In this document: positions 49,854 through 59,090 of the stretch, in pieces
How positions within the stretch are numbered: the first letter of the stretch is position 1
How the letters are laid out: every line of letters starts with the position of its first letter
Assembly (NCBI GenBank): GCA_964654755.1
Contig: CAZZJW010000003.1
Coordinates: 19,719 to 83,718 of the forward strand
Origin: an uncultured Pleurocapsa sp.
Lineage (GTDB): Bacteria > Chloroflexota > Anaerolineae > Aggregatilineales > Phototrophicaceae
Reading direction: 5' to 3'
Length of the DNA stretch: 64,000 nt
The notes under the pieces: model-generated
Seen by the model: only the letters and a program-made list of their open reading frames with translations
Told to the model about the DNA's origin: nothing
The model's database searches: none
Translations under genes and position numbers: made by a program

Positions 49854-50666
49854 CTATAGCCCGATATCACGCCGGTCGTAGCGCCAGACGGCCGCCCCGA
49901 GCATGACAGCGCCTGCCAGCAGCAGCACACTGATGTTGCCCCAGTTCAGTCCGTGCTGCATCACGCCGGTTGCGTCGTAGTAGGTCATGAACGACAGCCA
50001 GCGCAGGCTGTCCAGGATCGTCCCCGGCGAGGCCAGCGCGAAAGTGGTGAGAAAGTAGCTGGCGACGATGAAGATCGCGCTGACTGCCATCGCTGTGCCC
50101 CGGCGGCGAAAGATCGTGCCTGCCATGATGGTGAACGCCAGAAGCGCGAGCATACCGGGCAGGATATTGAGCGTTGCCAGCACCAGCGGGCCGACGTCCC
50201 ACGCGATGCCAGGCGTGAGCACGATGCCCAGCAGCAGCCCGGCCACAGTAAGCGCCACCACCAGCCCACACAGCAGCGCATAGGCAATCGTCTTCGCGAG
50301 GATGAGCTGTGTGCGGGGCACGGGCAGGCTGAGAATGACATCCATCACGCCGGCTTCCTCTTCGTTGGCAGTCACGTTCAGCCCGCCGACCACGCTGTAT
50401 ATCGCATAGACCACGATGACGTATCCGTAGAACTGCAGCGCGAGGTAGCCCGAGGGCGTGGCGATGAAGGTGATGTCGCTTGTGCCGCCGAAGGCTTCCA
50501 GGAGAAACGGAGGCAGCGAGTTGAGCAGGAGCGCGGTCTGCTCCAGCAGGCTGGCATCCTGCAGGATGATGATCTGCAGGAACAGCAGGCCGGCCATTCC
50601 CAGTCCCCACCAGATCGCAGTGCGCAGCCCGCGACGCAGGGTGTTGTTGAAGATTGACCCGGCCAT
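49854..50666 (-). CDS. ABC-2 type exporter permease
   Basis: Six predicted TM segments. Its ATG at 50666 lies 1 nt after the stop of the upstream ATPase gene. Confidence 0.75.
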   Translation of the reverse strand: MAGSIFNNTLRRGLRTAIWWGLGMAGLLFLQIIILQDASLLEQTALLLNSLPPFLLEAFGGTSDITFIATPSGYLALQFYGYVIVVYAIYSVVGGLNVTANEEEAGVMDVILSLPVPRTQLILAKTIAYALLCGLVVALTVAGLLLGIVLTPGIAWDVGPLVLATLNILPGMLALLAFTIMAGTIFRRRGTAMAVSAIFIVASYFLTTFALASPGTILDSLRWLSFMTYYDATGVMQHGLNWGNISVLLLAGAVMLGAAVWRYDRRDIGL

Positions 50667-50667
50667 G

Positions 50668-51600
50668 CTAGCCCTCCTGCGGGCCGCGCGTACGCCCGCC
50701 ATTGACGCGATCGCCGTAGTAGGCCATGAAGATGTCTTCCAGCGAAGGCTCGTTCACCTGAATGCTGCGCACGTACAGCGGCGCGAGCGCCTTCAGCAGC
50801 GGGTCGAAGTCGCCCGTCACCCGCGCGTGGAGGGTCGGGCCGTTCGCATAAATCTCGCTCACGCCGGCCACGCCAGCCAGCATGCCCGCCGGCGCCGGAT
50901 CGCGCAGGGTGATCGTCACCTGGTGGAAGCTGGCATGCGACAGATCGGCGATGGCCTGCACTGCCAGCAGCCGGCCATCGCGCAGGATGCCCACGTGGTC
51001 GCAGATCGCCTGCACCTCGTTGAGCATGTGCGAGGAGAGGAAGACGGTCTGCCCGGCGGCGCGCGCCTCGCGCATCATGGCGATGAAATCCTGCTGCAGC
51101 AGCGGATCGAGGCCGCCGGTCGGCTCGTCGAGGATGAGCAGTTCGGGCTGGTGCATCAGCGCCAGGATCAGGCCGAGCTTGCGCCGGTTGCCGCTGGAAT
51201 ACGAGCGCACGCGCTTGCTCGGGTCAAAGCTGAGGCGCTCGACGAGCGTGTCGGTGAAGCGCATGTCCTTCAGGCCGCGCACCTGGGCAAAGTAGCGCAT
51301 CACCTGCGCGCCGGTCTGGCCGGGCCACAGGCTGAGATCGCCCGGCAGATAGCCAACGCGGCGGCGGATGGCGGCGCTGTCCCGGCGCGAGTCCAGGCCG
51401 AACAGGCGCACGCTGCCAATGTCCGGGCGGATGAGATCCAGCAGCAGCTTGATGGTGGTGGTCTTGCCCGCGCCGTTGGGGCCAAGATAGCCGAAGATCT
51501 CGCCCTGCTGCACCGCCAGATCGAGGTTCTGCAGGGCGAATCGCGTCTTGCCGCCCCGGTAGGTCTTGCCGAGCTTCTCCGTGAGCACAACTGGCGTCAT
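50668..51600 (-). CDS. ABC transporter ATP-binding protein
   Basis: Walker [11 protein letters not shown], signature YSSGNRRKL, Walker [13 protein letters not shown]. Start ATG 51600 (alternatives 51606/51609/51648). Confidence 0.9.
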   Translation of the reverse strand: MTPVVLTEKLGKTYRGGKTRFALQNLDLAVQQGEIFGYLGPNGAGKTTTIKLLLDLIRPDIGSVRLFGLDSRRDSAAIRRRVGYLPGDLSLWPGQTGAQVMRYFAQVRGLKDMRFTDTLVERLSFDPSKRVRSYSSGNRRKLGLILALMHQPELLILDEPTGGLDPLLQQDFIAMMREARAAGQTVFLSSHMLNEVQAICDHVGILRDGRLLAVQAIADLSHASFHQVTITLRDPAPAGMLAGVAGVSEIYANGPTLHARVTGDFDPLLKALAPLYVRSIQVNEPSLEDIFMAYYGDRVNGGRTRGPQEG

Positions 51601-51802
51601 GAGCATCATCCCTGTGTGCGCTGCTGCCAACTGCTCCACAACAAGCATACTCCCATTTGGCCGCCCGGGGGCTGCGTTCCTGCCGCAGTGGGGACCGGCA
51701 TTCCCCGGGAAGATGCCTCATGCGCGGTTGCAGCGCGCGGGTGCGTCCATTACACTTTCTCACATCGAGGGTAGTTATGTAGTGGTATGGAGGAAGTGGT
51801 TC

Positions 51803-52669
<867 letters not shown>

Positions 52670-52671
52670 CG

Positions 52672-53121
52672 ATGAGCGGGCTTCCGGACAAACTGGCCGC
52701 GATCGTCGCGGACCTGGAGAGCGTGACCGACCGCAACGAACGGGCGGAGCTGCTGATCGAATTTGCCGATCGCTTCGATGCGGTGCGCGTGCCCGCGCAG
52801 ATCGCGCACAAGCCGTACGACGAGGCGCACCGTGTGCCCGCCTGCGAGAGCGACGCATTCGTGTGGGTGCAGGATCAGCCGGACGGCACGCTGCGCTGCT
52901 ATTTCGATGTGCTCAACCCGCAGGGCCTGTCTGCGATGGCGATGGCGGTGATCCTGGGCGAGACGCTGAACGGCCTGCCGCCGGCGCAGATCGCTCAGGT
53001 GCACAGCGACATTGTGCTGCGGCTGTTCGGGCGCGAGCTTTCGATGGGCAAGGGTGCCGGGCTGATGGGCATCGTCAGCATGGTGCAGGCCGAGGCCCGC
53101 CGCCGGCTGGCCCGCGCATGA
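52672..53121 (+). CDS. SufE-like sulfur acceptor protein
   Basis: ERAELLIEFADRF...RVPACESDAFVWV...GLSAMAMAVIL...LSMGKGAGL. Starts 2 nt after the rhodanese stop. Confidence 0.8.
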   Translation: MSGLPDKLAAIVADLESVTDRNERAELLIEFADRFDAVRVPAQIAHKPYDEAHRVPACESDAFVWVQDQPDGTLRCYFDVLNPQGLSAMAMAVILGETLNGLPPAQIAQVHSDIVLRLFGRELSMGKGAGLMGIVSMVQAEARRRLARA

Positions 53122-54284
53122 ATGCGATCGTCCGCCGCCCGGCGCTGCTGGTGCTGGCGCTGTTTGTGCTCACCCGCGTCGTGCTGCTGGGCGCGGGTGT
53201 GCTGTTTCAGAGCGTGCTGACGCCGGTCGAGGGGCCGGAGTACAAGCACCTGATCGACGGCGGGCCGGCGCTCGATATGTGGTATCGCTGGGATGCCGGC
53301 TTCTACGCCACCATCGCCACGGAAGGCTACGACTGGGTCAATGACCGCGCCCCGGCGGCGGACATGGCTTTTCTGCCCGTGTTCCCGGCGCTGACGCGGC
53401 TGGCCAGCGGCATGGGCGAGGCAGGCTGTTTGTGGTCTCCCTATCTGAGCACATGCGCGACGATCGGCGGGCTGCTGGTGTCCAATCTGGCGCTGCTGGG
53501 CGCGGCGCTGCTGCTGCTCGACATGGGCCGGCGGCGCTTCGGGGAGCGCACGGGGCTGTGGGCGGCGTGCCTGCTGCTGATCGCGCCAAACGCGGTGTTT
53601 TTGAGCGGGGTGTACACCGAGGCGGTGTTCCTGTTGCTGGCGCTGCTGGTATTCTGGCTGCTGGAGCGCGGGCGTTTCTGGCTGGCGCTGGCGGCGGCCT
53701 GCGCGGCTGCCCTGACGCGCACGGTGGGCGTGGCGCTCGTGCCCGCGCTGCTGCTGGCGGCCTGGGCCGATGACGTGCCGGTGCCCCGGCGCTGGCTGCG
53801 CATGGGGGCGGCGCTGCTGCCGGGCGCGGCCTTCGCCGCCTGGGTGTTCGGCAGCGGGCTGTTCGTGGGCGATCCGCTGGCGTACTTCAGCGCTTACGAC
53901 GGCATCTGGGGACGCTCGTCTTCGCTGCTGGATGTGGTGCGCGTGTACACGAGCGAGCCCGTGGCGCTGTTCGGCTGGTATCCCTCGTGGCTGGACCTGG
54001 GCGCGGCCCTGGGTTATCTGGCGCTGGCGCTGTGGGTGCTGCTGGGCTGGAAGCAGCGCACGTGGGGGCTGTTTGCGCTGTTCGCAGTGCTCATCCCGAT
54101 CGCGTCTGGCTCGCTGGTGGGGATGCCGCGTTTTGGTGCGGTGATCTTTCCGTTCTATCTGGCACTGGCGTGGTGGATCGAGCGGCCGTGGCGGGCGTGG
54201 AAGCTGGCAGCGGTGGCGCTGCCTTCGCTGGCGCTGGCGCTGCTTTTCCTGTCCCGCTTCGTGACGTGGCGCTGGATCGCCTGA
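53118..54284 (+). CDS. integral-membrane GT-C glycosyltransferase (PIG-V/Mannosyl_trans2-like)
   Basis: About 10 TM segments. RWDAGFYATIATEGY motif. Its ATG overlaps the sufE-like stop (ATGA). Confidence 0.55.
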   Translation: MNAIVRRPALLVLALFVLTRVVLLGAGVLFQSVLTPVEGPEYKHLIDGGPALDMWYRWDAGFYATIATEGYDWVNDRAPAADMAFLPVFPALTRLASGMGEAGCLWSPYLSTCATIGGLLVSNLALLGAALLLLDMGRRRFGERTGLWAACLLLIAPNAVFLSGVYTEAVFLLLALLVFWLLERGRFWLALAAACAAALTRTVGVALVPALLLAAWADDVPVPRRWLRMGAALLPGAAFAAWVFGSGLFVGDPLAYFSAYDGIWGRSSSLLDVVRVYTSEPVALFGWYPSWLDLGAALGYLALALWVLLGWKQRTWGLFALFAVLIPIASGSLVGMPRFGAVIFPFYLALAWWIERPWRAWKLAAVALPSLALALLFLSRFVTWRWIA

Positions 54285-54294
54285 CGGGCGGCGC

Positions 54295-54492
54295 TTACAG
54301 CTCGCTGCAATCCCACATGAAGCCGCAGCGTTCGCAGCGCACCTTGCACGCGCGGCGGACGGTGGGCGCGCCGCAGCCGGGGCAGGCCGTGGAGAGCGTG
54401 TAGTTGGGCAGGGGAGCCAGCGGCGGGCGCGCGGGTGCCTGTTCGGGCGCGACGGGCGGCGCAGCAGGCTGTGGCGGGGCAGAGCGTTTCAT
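54295..54492 (-). CDS. small Pro-rich zinc-ribbon protein (65 aa)
   Basis: CPGCG...CERCG pair of CxxC motifs. ATG 54492 preferred over 54534. Confidence 0.45.
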   Translation of the reverse strand: MKRSAPPQPAAPPVAPEQAPARPPLAPLPNYTLSTACPGCGAPTVRRACKVRCERCGFMWDCSEL

Positions 54493-54841
54493 GCAGAGCG
54501 CTCGCAGGTGCACATGCGGACGGGATACGCGCACTATAGCGCCTGGGCGGGGGCGCTGTCAACGCGCCTGCGTAGTGGTATTCCCGCCCGCAGAAAACTG
54601 ACCCTCGCGCCGGGGCAGATGGCCTGCTATACTGCTCAGGCAGTGTGGAACAGAGAGGCAATTGTGCCTCCTCCGCATCGGCGCAGTGGTTAGGCGCCAG
54701 ATAGACCCCCTCATCAGAGCAATCCGCTTCCTCGATACCGAGCCTGATTGTTTTGTGCAGAATGCGTTTCCTACCTCCTGAACGATGGATGTAGTGCGTA
54801 TAACGGCTATAGCAGACCAAAGTTCACAGGAGCAGCCAACA

Positions 54842-55054
54842 ATGGCTAATCGTGCATCGGGTACCGTGAAGTGGTTTAATGCGGAAAAGGGCTTCGGCTT
54901 CATCGCCCAGCAGGGCGGGGACGACCTGTTCGTGCATTACACCGAGATCATGAGCACCGGCTTCCGCTCGCTCGAAGAAGGCGCCAAGGTGGAATTCGAA
55001 ATCACCCAGGGCAAGAAGGGCAAGCAGGCAAGCAAGGTCAGCCTCGTTCGCTAA
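54842..55054 (+). CDS. cspA: cold-shock protein (CspA family)
   Basis: [15 protein letters not shown] (RNP1) and DLFVHYT (RNP2). 70 aa. Confidence 0.95.
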   Translation: MANRASGTVKWFNAEKGFGFIAQQGGDDLFVHYTEIMSTGFRSLEEGAKVEFEITQGKKGKQASKVSLVR

Positions 55055-55079
55055 GCGAACGCGCCTGATCTGCACAAAA

Positions 55080-55105
55080 GCCGCCTCAGACCGAGGCGGT
55101 TTTTG
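55080..55105 (+). terminator. rho-independent terminator after cspA
   Basis: CCGCCTC-agacc-GAGGCGG followed by TTTTT. Confidence 0.8.
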
Positions 55106-55131
55106 ATTCCTGCGCCAGCCAGCCCGATCCC

Positions 55132-55168
55132 GGAAAACAAAGCGGCCCACTCATTGAGCGGGCCGCTT
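55132..55168 (-). terminator. rho-independent terminator after tRNA-Cys
   Basis: Minus strand: AGCGGCCC-(11-nt loop)-GGGCCGCT followed by TTGTTTTCC. Confidence 0.65.
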
Positions 55169-55175
55169 CCGGCTG

Positions 55176-55246
55176 AGGCGACGACCAGATTCGAACTGGT
55201 GATCAGGCTTTTGCAGAGCCTTGCCTTACCTCTTGGCCACGTCGCC
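55176..55246 (-). tRNA. tRNA-Cys (anticodon GCA)
   Basis: Reverse complement: acceptor GGCGACG/CGTCGCC, short D-stem GCC/GGC, anticodon stem AGGCT/AGCCT with loop CT-GCA-AA, T-arm ACCAG-TTCGAAT-CTGGT, discriminator U. Confidence 0.95.
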
Positions 55247-55257
55247 GGATTGAAGGC

Positions 55258-55286
55258 ATTATACGTGAGCGCCTGTGCCCTGACAA
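55258..55286 (-). promoter_or_regulatory. sigma70-type promoter of tRNA-Cys (TTGTCA-17 nt-TATAAT)
   Basis: The minus strand reads TTGTCA gggcacaggcgctcacg TATAAT. The -10 element ends 11 nt before the tRNA 5' end. Confidence 0.65.
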
Positions 55287-55327
55287 GACCTTGCGCCTGT
55301 GCGCGAAAGCGGCCACAATACCGAATT

Positions 55328-56173
55328 ATGAACGATGACTTCCGGCCACCGGCCGACCCCGAAGATCCTTCCGCCCAGCCGGATCCCGTGCCGGCGGATG
55401 CGCCTGCAGAGCCCGCGCAGTCCGATGCGCCCGGCCTGGAGGCGTTTGCCGCGGAGACGCAGGCGTTGTTCGAGTCGGACTTTGACCCGGAAGCAGCGCT
55501 GGACGCCATCATCAGCGGGCAGGCGGCGGCGCAGCTTGCCGCACTGGAGACCGCTGAGCCTGAGGAAGAAGCGCCGGTTGTGCGCCGGGCGCTGCCGCCG
55601 GTGTACGAGCCGGTGGCATATACGCCGGCGCTGGCCATGCCGGGCGGCGAGTCGCTGCGGCGCGGGTCGCCAGGGGCGCTGGCTGCCGGGCTGGTGCTGA
55701 TCGCGCTGGGCGGCGGGCTGACGGCTGCGCTGTCGCTGGGGCAGCCGCTGGACCCGCTGCTCCTGACGGTGGCGGGCCTGGGCGGGCTGGCGCTGGTGCT
55801 GCTGGCGCACTGGCTGGGCAGCGGGCGCTGGGCGCGCGGCGTGCTGTTCGTGGCGCTGGCGCTGCTGCTGCCGGGCGCGCTGGTGGCGGCCACGATCCTC
55901 GTACCCGGTTTTGCGCTCACCTCGACGTGGCCGCTGCTGCTGAGCGCGCTGGGCGTCGCTTGTCTGCTGACGGCGGCGCTGGGCCGCCCGCGCAGCGCCT
56001 CGATCGCTCTGCTGGGCGCGGCGCTGATCGTCGCCGGAGCGGTGGGCACGCTGTTCACCTTCGGCTTTCTGCCCGCCGCATGGCTGGAGCCGGGCCGCAC
56101 CCTCGCCCCCGCGCTGCTGATCGTGTTCGCCATCCTCTGGGCGCTGCCGCTGGTCATCCGCCGCCGGACGTAA
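55328..56173 (+). CDS. hypothetical membrane protein with acidic N-terminal tail
   Basis: Acidic, Pro-rich first ~90 aa, then about 6 TM segments. The first ~225 nt of track ORF 55103..56173 cover the tRNA-Cys locus and are not coding. Confidence 0.55.
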   Translation: MNDDFRPPADPEDPSAQPDPVPADAPAEPAQSDAPGLEAFAAETQALFESDFDPEAALDAIISGQAAAQLAALETAEPEEEAPVVRRALPPVYEPVAYTPALAMPGGESLRRGSPGALAAGLVLIALGGGLTAALSLGQPLDPLLLTVAGLGGLALVLLAHWLGSGRWARGVLFVALALLLPGALVAATILVPGFALTSTWPLLLSALGVACLLTAALGRPRSASIALLGAALIVAGAVGTLFTFGFLPAAWLEPGRTLAPALLIVFAILWALPLVIRRRT

Positions 56174-56175
56174 TC

Positions 56176-57249
56176 GTGCATCTCGCGATTGACGCCAGCC
56201 GGACCACCAATGCCCACCCCACCGGGACCGAACGGTACGCGCTCGAAATGATCCGCGCGCTCATTCCACTCATCAATGGGCGGCTGACGCTGTACTTTCG
56301 CGATGTGCCGCCGCGTGGGCTGTTCCCCGACAGTGCTGAATGCAGGGTGCTGCACATGCCGCGCCTGTGGACGCACACGCGGCTGGCGCTGCAGGTGGCT
56401 CTCGACCGCCCGGACGTGCTGTGGGTGCCCGCGCATACCCTGCCATTCGCCTTTCCGGGCCGCGCCGCCGTGACCGTGCATGACCTGGGCTATCTGCACT
56501 TCCCGGATGCGCATCCGCCGCGCCAGCGCGCCTACCTCGACTGGACCACGCGCAGCAGCGCCCGCCGCGCGGCGATCGTGCTGGCGGACAGCAGGGCGAC
56601 GGCGACAGACCTGACTCGCGCCTATCGCATCCCCCCGGAGCGCATCCGCGTGGTGTACCCGGGCGTGAACGTGCCGCCGGTGCAGGATGTCCCGGCTGTC
56701 GCGCGGAAGCTGGGCCTGCCGGAGCGCTACTTCCTGTTTCTGGGCACGCTGCAGCCGCGCAAGAATATCGCCCGGTTGGTGCAGGCCTATCAGCGCTGGC
56801 AGGCGGAGCATCCCGGCGATCCGGCGGCGCTGGTGCTGGCGGGCCGGCGCGGCTGGCTGTATGACCCGGCCTGGACGGCGAATGTGCCCGGCGTGATAGA
56901 GCCTGGCTACGTTGCGGATGAGGACCGGGGCGCGCTGTACGCGGGGGCGCTTGCGCTGGTCTTCCCGTCGCTGTACGAGGGATTCGGCTTTCCTGTGCTG
57001 GAAGCGATGGGCTGCGAGACGCCCGTCATCGCCAGCGCGACGTCCAGCCTGCCGGAGCTGGCGGGCGATGCGGCGCTGCTGGTCAACCCGCTGGATGTCG
57101 AAGAGATCGCCTCGGCCATGGGCCGCCTGAGCGACCGGCCGGGGGAGCACGACCGGTTGGTACGCGCTGGCCTGCGTCAGGTGGAGAAGTTCACCTGGGC
57201 TGCGGCTGCCGAGGCTGCATGGGCGGCGCTGCAGGAGGCGGCGAGTTGA
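56176..57249 (+). CDS. glycosyltransferase family 4 (GT-B)
   Basis: LVFPSLYEGFGFPVLEAMGCETPVIAS motif. GTG 56176 lies 3 nt after the upstream stop. Confidence 0.85.
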   Translation: MHLAIDASRTTNAHPTGTERYALEMIRALIPLINGRLTLYFRDVPPRGLFPDSAECRVLHMPRLWTHTRLALQVALDRPDVLWVPAHTLPFAFPGRAAVTVHDLGYLHFPDAHPPRQRAYLDWTTRSSARRAAIVLADSRATATDLTRAYRIPPERIRVVYPGVNVPPVQDVPAVARKLGLPERYFLFLGTLQPRKNIARLVQAYQRWQAEHPGDPAALVLAGRRGWLYDPAWTANVPGVIEPGYVADEDRGALYAGALALVFPSLYEGFGFPVLEAMGCETPVIASATSSLPELAGDAALLVNPLDVEEIASAMGRLSDRPGEHDRLVRAGLRQVEKFTWAAAAEAAWAALQEAAS

Positions 57250-59090
57250 GTGTACAACGCATCCTGATCGTGCAGCTTGGAGATCTGGGCGATATGCTGC
57301 TCTCCACGCCGGCGCTGGCGGCGCTTCGCGAGGCGCTGCCGGGTGCGCGGCTGGACGTGCTGGCGGCTCCACACAACGAAGCGCTGCTGCGCGGCAGCGG
57401 GCTGGCTGATCGGTTGATCCCGCTGTCGCGGCGCGCGAGCCTGCGGCGCCCGGGCGGGCTGCTGGCGCTGGTGCGTGCGCTGCGCGCCGAACGATACGAC
57501 GTCGTGCTGTATCTGCATCATTTCACCACGCGGGCAGGCGCGCTGAAGTACGCGGCCATCGCCTGGGCGACCGGCGCTCCGGTCCGGCTGGGGCTGGAGA
57601 ATGGACACGGCTTCTTTCTGACCGAGCGGCTGCCGGACGAGGGCTTCGGCGCGCGGCACCAGGCGGAGTACTGGCTGGCGCTGACTGCCCGGCTTGGTGC
57701 AGACCCCCGCCCACGACCGATGCAGATCGCCATCGCGGCTGAGGACCGCGCCTGGGCGCAGCAGCAGCTGGCGGCGCTGCCGTCTGGCCCGCGCGTGGTG
57801 CTGCACCCCGGCAGCGGGGGCGACAGCCTGGCGCGGCGCTGGCCGGCGCAGGCGTTCGCCGATGCGGCAGCACTGCTGACGGCGCAGGGCGCGCAGCTGG
57901 TGTTGGTGGGCGGCCCGAATGATGACCTCGACGCGGTGCGCGCCGTCGCACAGGTTCCGCTGCTCGATCTGGGCGGGCAGACCACGCTTGGCCGGCTGGC
58001 GGCGGTGCTGGCGCAGGCCGACGCTTTCCTGGGCGCGGACAGCGGCGTGATGCACCTGGCGTGCGCGGTGCAAACGCCGACCGCCGCGATCTTCGGGCCG
58101 AGCAATGCGCGCGCCTGGGGGCCGTGGACGCCGCAGTCCCCGGCGCTGATCGTGCGGCGCGCGCCTGCATGCTCGCCGTGCAGCTATATTCGCCATACGA
58201 CCGGCCAGCGCGAGGGCTGCCCGGCGCGCACGTGCATGCATCTGGTCACGCCGGCGCGGGCTGCCGCGGCTGTGCAGTCGCTGCTGGCGGGTGCGGTGCT
58301 GCCGGGCGTTCCGGAAAGCACGCCACCTGGTGAAGGCGGGGTGGATGGCGTCGCGCACGTGACCGTGCTCGGGATGCCGGTGAGCGCGATCACCTACGCG
58401 CGGCTGCTGACGCTGATCGGGCGCTGGATACAGGAAGCACCGCATGGTCTGCGCCACATCTGCACGATCAACCCGGAGATGGTGATGATCGCCCGGCGCG
58501 ATGTCAACTTCGCCAACATCCTGCAGCGCGCGGCGGTGACCGTCCCGGATGGCGTTGGGCTGCTGTGGGCGGCTCGGCGGCTGGGGAAGCCGCTGCCGGA
58601 GCGTGTGACTGGCTCGGACGGCGTGCCGCTGATCGCGGAGCGGGCTGCCCGCCATGGCTGGCGCCTGTTCCTGCTGGGCGCAGCCCCCGGCGTGGCGGAT
58701 CGCGCCGCCGAGGTGCTGTGTGCGCGTTATCCCGGGCTTCGCATCGCCGGGGTGTACAGCGGCAGCCCGAAGCCGGAAGAGGAGGCCGAAATCGCCGAGC
58801 GCGTCAATCAGAGCGGCGCGGATGTGCTGTTCGTCGCCTTCGGCGCGCCGGAGCAGGACAAGTGGATTGCGCGCAACGCGCCGCGCCTGAATGTGACGAT
58901 GGCGATGGGTGTGGGCGGCACGTTCGACTTCATCGCCGGGGTGGTGCCGCGCGCGCCGCAGTGGATGCGCCGTGCAGGGCTGGAATGGCTGTACCGGCTG
59001 ATCCGCCAGCCCTGGCGGCTGCGCAGGATGCTGCGCCTGCCGCGCTTCGCGGCGCTGGTGATGCTGCACGGCGCAAAGGGAGCGGGCTGA
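57246..59090 (+). CDS. fusion glycosyltransferase: GT9 (heptosyltransferase-like) + GT26 (WecB/TagA/CpsF)
   Basis: N-terminal half: RILIVQLGDLGDMLLSTPALAALRE and ...GADSGVMHLACAV (GT9). C-terminal half: CTINPEMVM, VPDGVGLLWAAR, LLGAAPGVA, VAFGAPEQDKW, GVGGTFDF (GT26). Single uninterrupted frame. Start is TTG 57246 (TTGA overlap) or ATG 57219. Confidence 0.8.
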   Translation: MSVQRILIVQLGDLGDMLLSTPALAALREALPGARLDVLAAPHNEALLRGSGLADRLIPLSRRASLRRPGGLLALVRALRAERYDVVLYLHHFTTRAGALKYAAIAWATGAPVRLGLENGHGFFLTERLPDEGFGARHQAEYWLALTARLGADPRPRPMQIAIAAEDRAWAQQQLAALPSGPRVVLHPGSGGDSLARRWPAQAFADAAALLTAQGAQLVLVGGPNDDLDAVRAVAQVPLLDLGGQTTLGRLAAVLAQADAFLGADSGVMHLACAVQTPTAAIFGPSNARAWGPWTPQSPALIVRRAPACSPCSYIRHTTGQREGCPARTCMHLVTPARAAAAVQSLLAGAVLPGVPESTPPGEGGVDGVAHVTVLGMPVSAITYARLLTLIGRWIQEAPHGLRHICTINPEMVMIARRDVNFANILQRAAVTVPDGVGLLWAARRLGKPLPERVTGSDGVPLIAERAARHGWRLFLLGAAPGVADRAAEVLCARYPGLRIAGVYSGSPKPEEEAEIAERVNQSGADVLFVAFGAPEQDKWIARNAPRLNVTMAMGVGGTFDFIAGVVPRAPQWMRRAGLEWLYRLIRQPWRLRRMLRLPRFAALVMLHGAKGAG

